This document shows positions 27,968-37,767 of a stretch of DNA of 64,000 nucleotides, in pieces. The DNA lies in assembly GCA_963792585.1 (NCBI GenBank), contig CAWBWI010000003.1, positions 416,001-480,000 of the forward strand, read 5' to 3'. Within the stretch, counting starts at the first letter, position 1. Every line of letters starts with the position of its first letter. This DNA comes from Candidatus Eiseniibacteriota bacterium. Its GTDB lineage: Bacteria; Eisenbacteria; RBG-16-71-46; CAIMUX01; VGJL01. A program made the position numbers and the translations under genes. Under the pieces are notes generated by a model, which did no database searches, had not been told where the DNA came from, and saw only the letters and a list, made by a program, of their open reading frames with translations.

Positions 27968-30900
27968 TTACTTCAAGAGAGCCATCTTCCTCGTCTGCTG
28001 GAAGCCGGTGGTCTCGAGTCGGTAGAGATAAATGCCGCTTCCGACGTCGTGCCCTCCCTCATCCTTGCCGTCCCAGACGATCGCGCGGGCCCCGGCGCCG
28101 ACGGGACCGTCGACGAGGGAGCGCACCTTGCGACCGGAGACGTCATAGACATTGAGCGTCACGACGCCGCTGCGTGGCAGGTCGAAGCGAATCGTCGTCC
28201 GCGGGTTGAATGGATTCGGAGCCGCGGCGTGCAGCGCGTACCGCGTCGGGATCGCCCCCTCGGCCACATCGGCCGGCTCCGCATTGACGATGATCGCCAG
28301 CGGTGTTGCGTTGCCCCAATTGCCCGCGGCGTCGCGACCCCGCACCCAGAGGATGTCACCGCCGGGGTTGAGCGTCCCGCTGTCGATGCTTGCCGTCACG
28401 GGGGCGGTGGGAGTGCCGAAAGCGCCGCCCATGGCCGTTCCGGTTCCCGCGGGCGCGGGTGAGCCGCCGTGGGACCATTCGGCGTTGGTGATATTTGAGT
28501 TGCCCGTGAGGACGTCGCTGATCGACGCGGTCAGGGTGACCGGCAGGGGAACGCGCACAGGATCGGGGTTGATCCCGATCGAGCCGGCGACGACGGCAGG
28601 TCCGCGGGTATCGCCGCCCGGCCGGTTGATCGTGAAGTTCCCTGCCGAGGCGTCGGTTCCGAAGAGAACCGGCGAGCCGTTGTCGCCAACGGCGATCTTG
28701 ACCCGATACTGCACTCCGTTGGGGATCGCGTCGATGTTCCAGGAGTAGGGGCTCGCTCCGGCGGCCGCGGTGATCAGCGTCCATGTGTCGCCGCCGTTGT
28801 CGCTGTAATAGATCTTCCGCGTTGCGATCGAGAAGCCCGGCGCGGCCGACTCGGTCCAGGTCACGCTTACGGTGCTCCCTGTGAAGATCTCGCCGCCGTT
28901 GGGAGCGGTGAGGTCGGCCACGGGGTGATCACGGCCGATCAGCCAGATCAGCATCTTGTCGAGCACGTCCGCCCGTGCAACGTCGTCTTCGGCTCCGTTG
29001 TTCACGTGCGCCCACTCGAAGAAGTTGCTCGACACCTTGTTCGGGGTCCCGCCCCAGACGGAGTTGGCAGGGTTGCCGATCGGGCTGCTGCCGGTCCATC
29101 GCAGCGCGATGTCGTCGATCGTCGTATCGTTGTTCCTCCAGTCGTAGGCGAAGGTGCCGGCCCCGGCAATCCCGTCGATCTCATCGCCCGCCGCGCCGTC
29201 GCGGTGGGGTGCGTAGTTGAGGCCGCCGGTATAGGCGCCGCTGATCGGATCGCCGGCCAATCCGGTGACCGTGCTGAAGGTCGTCGGGTCGGCCTGCCAG
29301 GTGGCGTGAAGTTGCGCGTTGAACCAGTCCCGCCGCGCGACCGTGTAATCCGGCGATGTGGCGTCACTGAAGTCCCAGGCGACGTCGTGCGAGTAGACCG
29401 CCAGGCGCGAGCCGAGGCTCATGAGGCGCGCGATCGAATCACGGGCCGCATCCGAGAACACCGGATACTGCTCGAGACCCGGCTGCAGGAGGACCGCCTT
29501 GAACGACGCCATCCCGACGAGCTTGTCGCCGACGAAGGGAATCGATGCCTGATTGCCCTCCCACAGGGTGTAGCTCCATCCGGTGCGGGTGAAGGCGTTC
29601 AGATAGCGCTGCGTCTTGTCGTAGCTCGAGTCACCGATGACGAGCAGGACGTCGCGGTTGTGGCTCGTCGTGAAGGTGTAGTGATTTCCTCCATTGTCGT
29701 CCCGCACGGTATTCCCCTGGTGATCGGCCGACTCCACGTCGTAGTAGTAGGTCTGCTCGGGGAGGAGACCAAAGATCACCATGGAATGGGCGACGATCAG
29801 GGCCGGCGCGAGCGGCGTCTCGAGCCCGAGGGAGGGAGTGGTTCCGTAATAGATCTTCGAGGTCGCGGTGGCGTCGGTCGTCCAAGCGATCGTGGCGTCG
29901 CCCTCATTGGTTGCCTGGAGGTGGACGTTGGTGATCGTCGGGCCGTCGAGGTCAACCCGCGCCGTGGCGACCAGGGTCGCCACGGGGCTCGCGTCGTTGT
30001 AGGTCACGGTGATCTGGTCCCCGTTGCTGACGCTCAGGGTGCCGTTGTTCGACACGGGGTAGGTCGTGCGCAACGGAAGGCTCCCCTCGAAGACGCCGTT
30101 GGCGCCCGTCAGCGTGACCGTTTCGGTGGATGGCTCGGTCGTGCTCGTCGCCGTGACGGTGAGCGGGCCGGCCGCGTCTCCATCGATGATGCGGACGTGC
30201 ATGTCGTCGCTGCCGCTGTACGTGGCCTTGTCCAGGAGGACGACCCCTTGATCGGCCGCGAGCCCGCCGGTGATGACGAGGGCGAACGGTTGGGGGCCGA
30301 ACGGAACGTTCGCGGCCTCGATCCGGAAGGTCCAGATGCCGGTGGACGGCGTGTTGCGGCGCACGCACTCCTCGACGTTCCGATCATCCGCCGTTCCGCC
30401 CGTGATTGATTGGCCGGCGGAATAGACATTGCCCTTGTACGAGCTGACGCCGTCGTTCACGACGAGGTTCAAGTCGTTGACGAGCTGCACCGAGGCATTG
30501 GGATTGCCGGGATAGTCCGTCCACACGACGGCGGCCTTGACCGGGATCGCATTGGAGGCGATGTAGACCTGATACTCGACATACTCGCCGGTGAGGAGGC
30601 CGTCGGTGTTGTCGACGAGAACCAGCCGCCGCGCATCGCCCGCGAAATAGAGGACCTGGTCATCGTCGATCCGGCCCCAACCGATGTTGTTGTTCGGGAC
30701 CGCCGTTCCCCCGACGTCGGGGTCGGCGGAGTTGATCGCCATCGCCTTCATGAGGGCGGCGGACGGGGCGTCGACCTGGTTGCCGGGAATCGGGGCGCCG
30801 GTCGGATACCACCCTTCCCCCAAGTACTGCCGCAGAAGCACCGTCGCCCCCGCCATCGCTGGGCTCGCCATGCTCGTGCCGCTATAGGAGATGTACCCGG

Positions 30901-32467
30901 TGTCGCTCTGACCGTAGGCGGATGTGAGGGTTGCCGGCGCGCAGATCGTCGGCTTGAAACGGTTGTCATCCGTGGGGCCCCGGCTGGTCGACCCGTAGAT
31001 CTGGTTCGCCCCCGTTCCGTTCCCCGTTCCTCCCGCGGAGACGACGTTCTTGGCCGTCGCGGGCGAGCCCACGGTGTTCGGCGCGCCGTCGTTCCCGTTG
31101 GAGAAGAAGGGGAGGAAGTCCGGGTGGTTCCACATGAACTGATCGGCCGTCATGGACATGACATCGTAGGCGCCGCCGACCGCATTCCCCCAGCTGTTCG
31201 TCATGATCCTCGCAGAGCCACCGGCGTTGCCGTTGTACGGCTTGATCATGAGGTCGTTCAGATCGGGCGGGACGTAGATGCCCGCGCCGAACGCGCTGCC
31301 GCCGTCCACGAAGTAGATCTTGGAGCGGATCGCCATCCCGTCGTGCACGTCCGTGGCATTCGGGGAGTCGTCGCCGGACGTCGTGCAGTTGGTGTGGGTT
31401 CCGTGATACCCGTTGCCGGCGTCATCGCCGAAGGTGACGGTGTTGCCGGCGACGGTCGGCCAGTAGGCGATGACCTTGCGGTGGGTCGGGAAGTCGCCGA
31501 AGGCGGTGATCGGGACCGCCGCATCGTAGAACTGCTTGTGCGTCATCCGGATTCCGCTGTCGCAGTTGCCGATGACCTGTCCGTCCCCGAGAATCCCCAT
31601 GTCCCAAACGCGGCGGTTGCCGTTCGTCCAGGTCTGGACCACCCATTGGCACCTGTCGTTGTGAAGTTCCGGGGTCTTGCGCGGCTCGATCCAGGCCACG
31701 CCGTCGATCCGCGCGATCTGGGGGAGTTCCGCCATGTCGATCTCGGCGCGGATCATCCGATTGATTCCATTGTCATAGGTTTCGAAGATCGTGGCGCCGG
31801 CCACGCGCGCCTGCGCGGCGGCCTGGTCGATCGACGCGTCCGGGAACAGCAGCAGGATCATCTCCTTGCGGCCCGACTCCCGCATCTGCGGTTCGGTGCT
31901 GATCTTGTAGGCGGGCTGGTAGAAGCCGCTCCAGGAGACCCGCGCGGACGATGCGACGCGGGCGGCGGCGTCGCCGGTCAGCGAGACGAGGAATGCATAG
32001 TCGGGCAGATAGCTGTAGATCCGCCCGCCGAGTGACTCGAGAAATGCGCGATCCGCCTGCCCGATCGGTCCGTCGAACTGGACGATGAACGTCCCGCGAT
32101 CGCCTCCGGCCGGCGGCGTCATCCGCAGCCCGCTCGGGATCGGTTGATCCGAATCCGGAACCGACGGATCGAGCTCGTAGCCCGCCCCCAGGCGGATCCG
32201 CGTCGGCTGGCTCGGCGGCTCGAGGCCGATCGTCCCCCGCTGGGTCGACAGAATCAGAGGGCTCGAAGGAAGGGATCCCTCTCTTCCGGGCGGGACCGCG
32301 GAAAGACCCGCAGGCTCCCCGGGGGTCGCCGGACGGGACGCCATCGCGGGCGCGATGGCAAGGAGGGCGACGAGCATGCTCGCCGCCGTGATGGTCCAGA
32401 GACCCCTGAATGTCGCGCGGAACCCCGCGCCCTTCCTGGGCATTCCTCGATCTAACCTACCCGGCAT
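27968..32467 (-). CDS. Large secreted S8 peptidase (FN3/Ig-like accessory domains, FlgD-Ig/CTD-like C-terminus)
   Basis: CDSG, YHGTHT, SNGN, SGTSMASP, SAALMKA. C-terminal PNPFNPRTTIRFDLP...WDGKDEGG...SGIYLYRL. RBS GGAGG before ATG 32467. Confidence 0.92.
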   Translation of the reverse strand: MPGRLDRGMPRKGAGFRATFRGLWTITAASMLVALLAIAPAMASRPATPGEPAGLSAVPPGREGSLPSSPLILSTQRGTIGLEPPSQPTRIRLGAGYELDPSVPDSDQPIPSGLRMTPPAGGDRGTFIVQFDGPIGQADRAFLESLGGRIYSYLPDYAFLVSLTGDAAARVASSARVSWSGFYQPAYKISTEPQMRESGRKEMILLLFPDASIDQAAAQARVAGATIFETYDNGINRMIRAEIDMAELPQIARIDGVAWIEPRKTPELHNDRCQWVVQTWTNGNRRVWDMGILGDGQVIGNCDSGIRMTHKQFYDAAVPITAFGDFPTHRKVIAYWPTVAGNTVTFGDDAGNGYHGTHTNCTTSGDDSPNATDVHDGMAIRSKIYFVDGGSAFGAGIYVPPDLNDLMIKPYNGNAGGSARIMTNSWGNAVGGAYDVMSMTADQFMWNHPDFLPFFSNGNDGAPNTVGSPATAKNVVSAGGTGNGTGANQIYGSTSRGPTDDNRFKPTICAPATLTSAYGQSDTGYISYSGTSMASPAMAGATVLLRQYLGEGWYPTGAPIPGNQVDAPSAALMKAMAINSADPDVGGTAVPNNNIGWGRIDDDQVLYFAGDARRLVLVDNTDGLLTGEYVEYQVYIASNAIPVKAAVVWTDYPGNPNASVQLVNDLNLVVNDGVSSYKGNVYSAGQSITGGTADDRNVEECVRRNTPSTGIWTFRIEAANVPFGPQPFALVITGGLAADQGVVLLDKATYSGSDDMHVRIIDGDAAGPLTVTATSTTEPSTETVTLTGANGVFEGSLPLRTTYPVSNNGTLSVSNGDQITVTYNDASPVATLVATARVDLDGPTITNVHLQATNEGDATIAWTTDATATSKIYYGTTPSLGLETPLAPALIVAHSMVIFGLLPEQTYYYDVESADHQGNTVRDDNGGNHYTFTTSHNRDVLLVIGDSSYDKTQRYLNAFTRTGWSYTLWEGNQASIPFVGDKLVGMASFKAVLLQPGLEQYPVFSDAARDSIARLMSLGSRLAVYSHDVAWDFSDATSPDYTVARRDWFNAQLHATWQADPTTFSTVTGLAGDPISGAYTGGLNYAPHRDGAAGDEIDGIAGAGTFAYDWRNNDTTIDDIALRWTGSSPIGNPANSVWGGTPNKVSSNFFEWAHVNNGAEDDVARADVLDKMLIWLIGRDHPVADLTAPNGGEIFTGSTVSVTWTESAAPGFSIATRKIYYSDNGGDTWTLITAAAGASPYSWNIDAIPNGVQYRVKIAVGDNGSPVLFGTDASAGNFTINRPGGDTRGPAVVAGSIGINPDPVRVPLPVTLTASISDVLTGNSNITNAEWSHGGSPAPAGTGTAMGGAFGTPTAPVTASIDSGTLNPGGDILWVRGRDAAGNWGNATPLAIIVNAEPADVAEGAIPTRYALHAAAPNPFNPRTTIRFDLPRSGVVTLNVYDVSGRKVRSLVDGPVGAGARAIVWDGKDEGGHDVGSGIYLYRLETTGFQQTRKMALLK

Positions 32468-32596
32468 GTTTCCTCCCACTCGGTCGAAACGAAGGCGTTG
32501 GTGGACACGACGTTGCTTGATCAGAGGCGTGCCCGGCACGGCTTCCCGCTGCAACGCGGGCCCGCTGGAGTCCAGGGCACGTATCGGTAACCTAGA

Positions 32597-32625
32597 ATTA
32601 TAACGGAAATTGAGGGCAGCGGCAA
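32597..32625 (-). promoter_or_regulatory. Sigma70 promoter TTGCCG-N17-TATAAT for the S8 gene
   Basis: Perfect -10 and 17-nt spacer in an AT-rich divergent intergenic region. Confidence 0.65.
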
Positions 32626-32682
32626 GGCGACCGGAACGGCAATCGGGCATCGAGGACCCCCTGGGATCCCCCTCTGTGGTCA

Positions 32683-32691
32683 TGGTATCAT
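32683..32691 (+). promoter_or_regulatory. Extended -10 (TGgTATCAT) for the M23 gene
   Basis: TGn-TATCAT 40 nt upstream of ATG 32731. Confidence 0.45.
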
Positions 32692-32730
32692 CGTGTCGGC
32701 GCATCTTTGACTCGCGAGAGGAGTTATGCC

Positions 32731-34890
32731 ATGCATCGTGCCCTTCTGACCGCCATCCTGCTGCTGGCCGCCGTCCACATCACCGTTGCCGCGCCGGCGC
32801 CCATGCCGCGCGTGAGCTGCCAGGGCCGTTTCGAGGCGACAAGTCCCGGGCCCTACGGTCTCGAGTGCTCATTCTCCGCGAGCGGGTTCGACCTTACAGG
32901 GGCCACGCTCCTCGTGACCGATCCGGCGGGGATCGTCCATCGTCTCGAGGAGATCCCGGGGACGGCCTTCTTCGTCGGGGCCAACGGTAGGATCGCGGCC
33001 ATCGAGCGTGCCCCGATCGATGCGATCGCGAGCCGCCTGGTCATCTACGACCTCGCCGGTCGGAGGCTCTACGCGCGAGAAATCGATGCGCCCATCAATC
33101 CCGCCCTCGCCTCCGACGCCGCGGGCCTCGTTCTCCGCGATGCGACCGGCATCGTGCGGATCGATTTGGGCACCTTCGAGGAATCGCGTGTTCCGGCGCT
33201 GGATCTCTTCGCGGCGGGTCCGGCCGGCCGGTTGGCCGGCGTGCCCTTCGGCGAGGGGAATGATCTCCTCGTCTACGGCCCGAACGGACTCGAGTCGCGC
33301 ATCCCGCTCGACGCCAGGCCGCGCGGGATCGCCTTCAGCGCCGATGGGACGACGATCTACGCGATCGACGCCCGCGCGCTGTACCGAGTCGATTCCGCCT
33401 CCGCACGGCCCATCTACACGGCGCCGGAAGGCGCCGAGATCCAGGACATCCTCCTTTCGGGCACGACGATCTACCTCGGCGAGCGACGCATCGAAGCCGA
33501 AGCCTTTGCGGGATCCATGGTGGAACTCGACCCCAACGGCCGGATCGCACGCCGGATCGCGGGCCCCGTCGCGTCCGTCACCCGCGGGGTGAGCGATCCC
33601 GCCGGCAGTCGTGGGATCCCCTGGCCCCTGCTTCCCGACGCCCAGCACTCGGTCGGCAATACCTGGGGCGAGTACCAGAACTACGGCGGTACGCCCTACC
33701 CTCATCCGGGTTTCGACATCTTCGGAAGCGCCGGGCAGGCCGTCTACTCCGTCAGCTCCGGGGTCGTGAAGGCGGTTCTCACAACCGGCGGGGACCTCTA
33801 CTGGCGGGTTGCCATCGGCGACTCGCTCACGGCGGGGACGTGCAAAGGGTACCTCTATGCCCACCTCGTCCAGTCGAGCATCGCCGTCCACGCCGGCGAT
33901 CTGATCGTCCAGGGCCAGTACATCGGCAATCTGGTCCAGTGGCCGATCTACAACTTCACCCACACTCACTTCGCGCGTATCCAGCAGAGCGGCACGCAGT
34001 GGAACGGGAGCTGGCTGGCGGTCGACAATCCGCACACCACCTTCACGCACCAGAACGACACGCGCCCGCCCGTGTTCGAGCCGGCCCGTGGAACCGACCT
34101 TCTCGCATTCTGCAACAACGAGACCTCGACCTACCAGAGCCCGGCGTCTCTCCACGGCGCGGTCGACATCATCTGTCACGTCGGCGACCAGATCGAATCC
34201 ACCTGGGTCTGCTCGGTGCAGGAGTTGCGCTACACGATCTATCCCATCAACCGCCCACAGTACCCTGTCGTGAACAACAAACTCTCCGTGGTCTTCAACA
34301 TGACGATCGACTACTACGCCGGCGGATCGGATTACCTCTGGCTCAACACTCTTTTGTACAAGAAGGACTCGACCTGCAACACCCAAGGCGATTACGACTT
34401 TCGCGAGTTCTACCACATCTTGAGCAACTCCGACGGAGACGGTCTTTGCGAACAGACGGACGCGCTCGAGGCGTGGAACACGGCGGCGCTGCCCGACGGG
34501 CAGTATGTCGTCAAGGTGGTCGCGGTCGATGCCGCAGGGGGCGCGAAGGCCGACTCGATGGTCGTGGCGACGGTGAACGGGAATCCGTCGGATGTTTCCG
34601 ATGCGGCTGCTGCGCTCGGGGTCCGACCGAACGTCTTCCCGAATCCCTCGTCGGGGATCGTCTCGATCGCCTTCACCCTCGCGCAGGGAGGCCCGACCTC
34701 CTTGAGGATCTACGACCCGGCGGGGCGGCGCCTGCGGACCCTGGTCGATGCACGGCTCGATCCAGGCCTCCACACCATCAACTGGGATGGTCGCGACATT
34801 GAGGGGCATCGGGTCGGGTCGGGAAGCTACTCCTTCGTTCTGGACTCGCCTGGGGGCGCCGCGAACGGGAAGATCACCGTCTCGCGATGA
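32731..34890 (+). CDS. Secreted protein: beta-propeller-like N-terminus, M23-like peptidase domain and FlgD-Ig/CTD-like C-terminus
   Basis: Signal peptide. HPGFD (HxxxD), YLYAHL, V..GD.I..GQ.IG, HTHF (HxH). C-terminal FPNP...IYDPAGRRLRTL...WDGRD. Confidence 0.8.
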   Translation: MHRALLTAILLLAAVHITVAAPAPMPRVSCQGRFEATSPGPYGLECSFSASGFDLTGATLLVTDPAGIVHRLEEIPGTAFFVGANGRIAAIERAPIDAIASRLVIYDLAGRRLYAREIDAPINPALASDAAGLVLRDATGIVRIDLGTFEESRVPALDLFAAGPAGRLAGVPFGEGNDLLVYGPNGLESRIPLDARPRGIAFSADGTTIYAIDARALYRVDSASARPIYTAPEGAEIQDILLSGTTIYLGERRIEAEAFAGSMVELDPNGRIARRIAGPVASVTRGVSDPAGSRGIPWPLLPDAQHSVGNTWGEYQNYGGTPYPHPGFDIFGSAGQAVYSVSSGVVKAVLTTGGDLYWRVAIGDSLTAGTCKGYLYAHLVQSSIAVHAGDLIVQGQYIGNLVQWPIYNFTHTHFARIQQSGTQWNGSWLAVDNPHTTFTHQNDTRPPVFEPARGTDLLAFCNNETSTYQSPASLHGAVDIICHVGDQIESTWVCSVQELRYTIYPINRPQYPVVNNKLSVVFNMTIDYYAGGSDYLWLNTLLYKKDSTCNTQGDYDFREFYHILSNSDGDGLCEQTDALEAWNTAALPDGQYVVKVVAVDAAGGAKADSMVVATVNGNPSDVSDAAAALGVRPNVFPNPSSGIVSIAFTLAQGGPTSLRIYDPAGRRLRTLVDARLDPGLHTINWDGRDIEGHRVGSGSYSFVLDSPGGAANGKITVSR

Positions 34891-35552
34891 TCGGACGGCT
34901 GCTCGCCCGTCTGAAGCCCTCTTCGGGCGATCGATATGGGAGTTTCTCCGAGTTGCTGCGCAATGAGCGCGAGGGACGGGATTTCCTCCGCACCGTCATC
35001 GATCGTGACGCCCCCATCGCGATCGTCGCTCCTCACGGAGGCGGGCTCGAGGCGGGGACGTCGGAGATCGCGCGCGCGATCGCCGGCGGAGACCTGTCCC
35101 TCTACTGCTTCGAAGGGATCAAACTGCGGGGCAACGAAGTCCTGCACGTCACCAGCAGACGCTTCGACGACCCCGCATGCCTCGATCTGCTTTCGCGGGC
35201 GAGGACGGCGGTGACGATCCACGGTTGTTCGGGGCAAGACATGGGGATCCGCGTCGGCGGGCTGGACGCCGGTCTGAAGGCGGTGGTGACCCCGGCGTTG
35301 ATCGAGGCGGGGTTCGTTCCGCTCGAGGATGATGCTGTCTACTCCGGTCTCGATCCGGCGAACATATGCAATCGCTCCGCCACCGGCCGGGGACTCCAAC
35401 TCGAGCTGAGCCGGGGCCTGCGGGGCGTGATGTTCAGCGGGCTCGAGCGAACCGAGCGCGCCTACACGACGCCCGTCTTCCGGCGCTTCGTGACGGCGGT
35501 GCGGGGGGCACTCCTCTCGACGATCGACACGCCTGCGGCCCCGCCGGTCTGA
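34887..35552 (+). CDS. Poly-gamma-glutamate hydrolase family protein (DUF867/PghP-like)
   Basis: APHGGGLEAGTSEIA, LHVTSRRFDDP, TIHG, NICNR, GLQLELS. Confidence 0.85.
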   Translation: MIGRLLARLKPSSGDRYGSFSELLRNEREGRDFLRTVIDRDAPIAIVAPHGGGLEAGTSEIARAIAGGDLSLYCFEGIKLRGNEVLHVTSRRFDDPACLDLLSRARTAVTIHGCSGQDMGIRVGGLDAGLKAVVTPALIEAGFVPLEDDAVYSGLDPANICNRSATGRGLQLELSRGLRGVMFSGLERTERAYTTPVFRRFVTAVRGALLSTIDTPAAPPV

Positions 35553-35607
35553 TGGCAAGGCTGCCGGCCGATATCGCGCATGGGGGTGCGAGCCTATTCT
35601 CAGGGTC

Positions 35608-35616
35608 TGATATAAT
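35608..35616 (+). promoter_or_regulatory. Extended -10 promoter TGaTATAAT
   Basis: Perfect TGn-TATAAT 55 nt upstream of ATG 35671. Confidence 0.6.
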
Positions 35617-35670
35617 TGTGACGGCCTCGTTTCAAGGATCCACGACCGCGGTCCAGCAGGAGTTGCCGGG

Positions 35671-37308
35671 ATGAATCGACCAGCATTCCTCGTCTTCGTC
35701 GTTCTCGCCCTTCTCCCGGCCAGCGCGCCGGCGGAGCCGACCCTCGCCTGGAGCGATCTCTTCGATGGGGGAGGACACTACACGGACATCGCCACCGCGG
35801 CGTTCACTGATCCGTCCGGCAACCTCTATGTAGGCGGCGAGAGCGCCGACGGCGTGCTTGGGGCCGATATGTCGATCCGCTGGATCGATCGCGCAACCGG
35901 GATCTCGATCTGGGAGACCCGGTACTCCGCCTTCGACGGGAACGACATGGCCCTCTCCGCACTGGAAGGAGACGGCTTCGGGAACATCATCGTCGCGGGT
36001 TATATCCGGGGCTGCGCGACCTGAGGCCACGGAGACGACATCATCGTCCTGAAGCTGGACGGTGAGACCGGGGAGTTTCTCTGGTCCCAGCACATCGCGA
36101 GCGGCACGGGCACGAACGAATCGGTTTTCGACCTCGCGTGCGACGCGGCCGGCAATGCATTCGTGACCGGGCGTTGGTACGTGGACGGCTCCGACGACAT
36201 TGTCACGATCAAACTCCGCGCATCGGACGGCGAGCCCCAGTGGCAGCGTCTCATCGGCGGCGGGTACGACGATCGTGGGTGGGCGATCGGCATCGGCCCG
36301 GACGAGAACCCGATGGTCACGGGGATTCTGTCCAACGGCGACGGAACGGCTCAGTTCATCACCTTCAAGCTGCGCAGCTCGGACGGATCGACCGTCTGGA
36401 GTCGCCCGATTCCCGGCGCGCTCGACAATGTGACAGAGAAGATCGGCTGGCTCGTCATATGCGACGACGGCGATGCGATCATGGGCAACCGCGTCTGGTC
36501 CTCCACGACGGGATACGACGTGATCCTGCAGCGATACGCCGCGGCCGACGGCGCCACGGTCTGGGAACGGCAGTACGGCTCGGCCGGAACCGTGGGCGAT
36601 GAGCCGCGGTGCATGGTCCGCGACGAGGCGGGGGACCTGCTCGTGGCGGGCGCGCGGCGGAGCGACTTCATGGCATTGAAGTTCAGTCGGGTCGATGGAT
36701 CCCTGCTCTGGTCGACCGACTACAACGGACCGGCGGGAAGCTACGATGCCGCGAACTGCGTGATCGAGGGACCGGGCGGCGCGGTCGTCGTCAGCGGATT
36801 CACATCGAGCCCGATCTACAGCTGGAACGTGAGCACGGTCGGCCTCGATCCGGTCGACGGCGCCCGAATGTGGGCCGCGCACCATGACGGCGGGGGAAAC
36901 GGGCGATCGGGCGAGGGGAAGGTCCTGGCCGCGGGGCCACTCGACGACATCTATGTCTGCGGCTACTTCTACGGGTTGAGCACCGACAGCGACATGATGT
37001 CGCTTCGCTATACCCTCGGACCGCCCGCCGGAGTGATCGAAAACGGCGTGGTCGCCCCGGTCTCGATCTACCCGAACCCTTCGGCCTCGGCGACGTGGAT
37101 CTCGCTCGATCTCGATTCCACTGAGTCCGTGCGTGTCGTCCTATACGATCCGGCGGGCCGGCGCGGGGCGATCCTGCACGAAGGAGTGCTCGATGCCGGC
37201 CGCCACCGATTCTCGTGGGATGACGGTGCCGCGGCTCCGGGTGTGTACCTCGTGCGGATCGAGACCTCCCGCGTGTCAGTGGTGAGGAAGTTGATCCGCC
37301 TTCCTTAG
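35671..37308 (+). CDS. Secreted beta-propeller protein with CTD-like tail and an in-frame TGA (36022-36024); candidate selenoprotein (CxxU)
   Basis: ORFs 35671..36024 and 36163..37308 are in one frame, separated only by TGA in IRGCAT*GHGDDIIVLKLDG. The repeat pattern continues across the stop. Confidence 0.75.
36041..36065 (+). promoter_or_regulatory. Bacterial SECIS-like hairpin
   Basis: TCATCGTCC-TGAAGCT-GGACGGTGA: 9-bp stem (one G-U), loop starts 25 nt after the UGA, G at loop position 2. Confidence 0.5.
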
Positions 37309-37315
37309 GCGGCGA

Positions 37316-37663
37316 TCACCGCTGCTTCGCGTGCCACTCCTCGAGCACGGCGACCGCCCTGCGCAGGTGGGGGATCACGATGCTTCCGCCGACCGTGAGC
37401 GACACGCTGAAGACGTCGTACAACTCGGGATCGGTCACACCCAGATCCTTGCACTGGAGCAGGTGGTAGGTGATGCAGTCATCACACCGCAGGACCATCG
37501 ATGCGGCCAGCCCGAGCATCTCCTTGGTCTTGCGGTCGAGGGCGCCGGTCTCGTAGGTCAGAGTGTCGACCCCGAAGAAGCGCTTGATCGCTCTGTGGTC
37601 GGCGGCCATGATCTTCTCGTTCATCTTCGTCCGAAATTCCTCGAAATCCTCGATCCGTCCCAT
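37316..37663 (-). CDS. Carboxymuconolactone decarboxylase/AhpD family protein
   Basis: GALDRKTKEMLGLAASMVLRCDDCITYH (CxxC..H). Confidence 0.9.
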   Translation of the reverse strand: MGRIEDFEEFRTKMNEKIMAADHRAIKRFFGVDTLTYETGALDRKTKEMLGLAASMVLRCDDCITYHLLQCKDLGVTDPELYDVFSVSLTVGGSIVIPHLRRAVAVLEEWHAKQR

Positions 37664-37767
37664 CGTTCCTCCCGTTGCGGTGAGCCGCCGCCGGTGCCAA
37701 CATCATCCGATGGGGAGAGACTACCCCAATAGGACCGCAAGGCCGCAACCCAAGGAGTGACCAGCCG

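Noticed and set aside
37316..37663. AhpD-like CxxC gene as redox partner of the CxxU protein
   Set aside because: It is convergent, cytoplasmic and a widespread family, so adjacency alone is not evidence.
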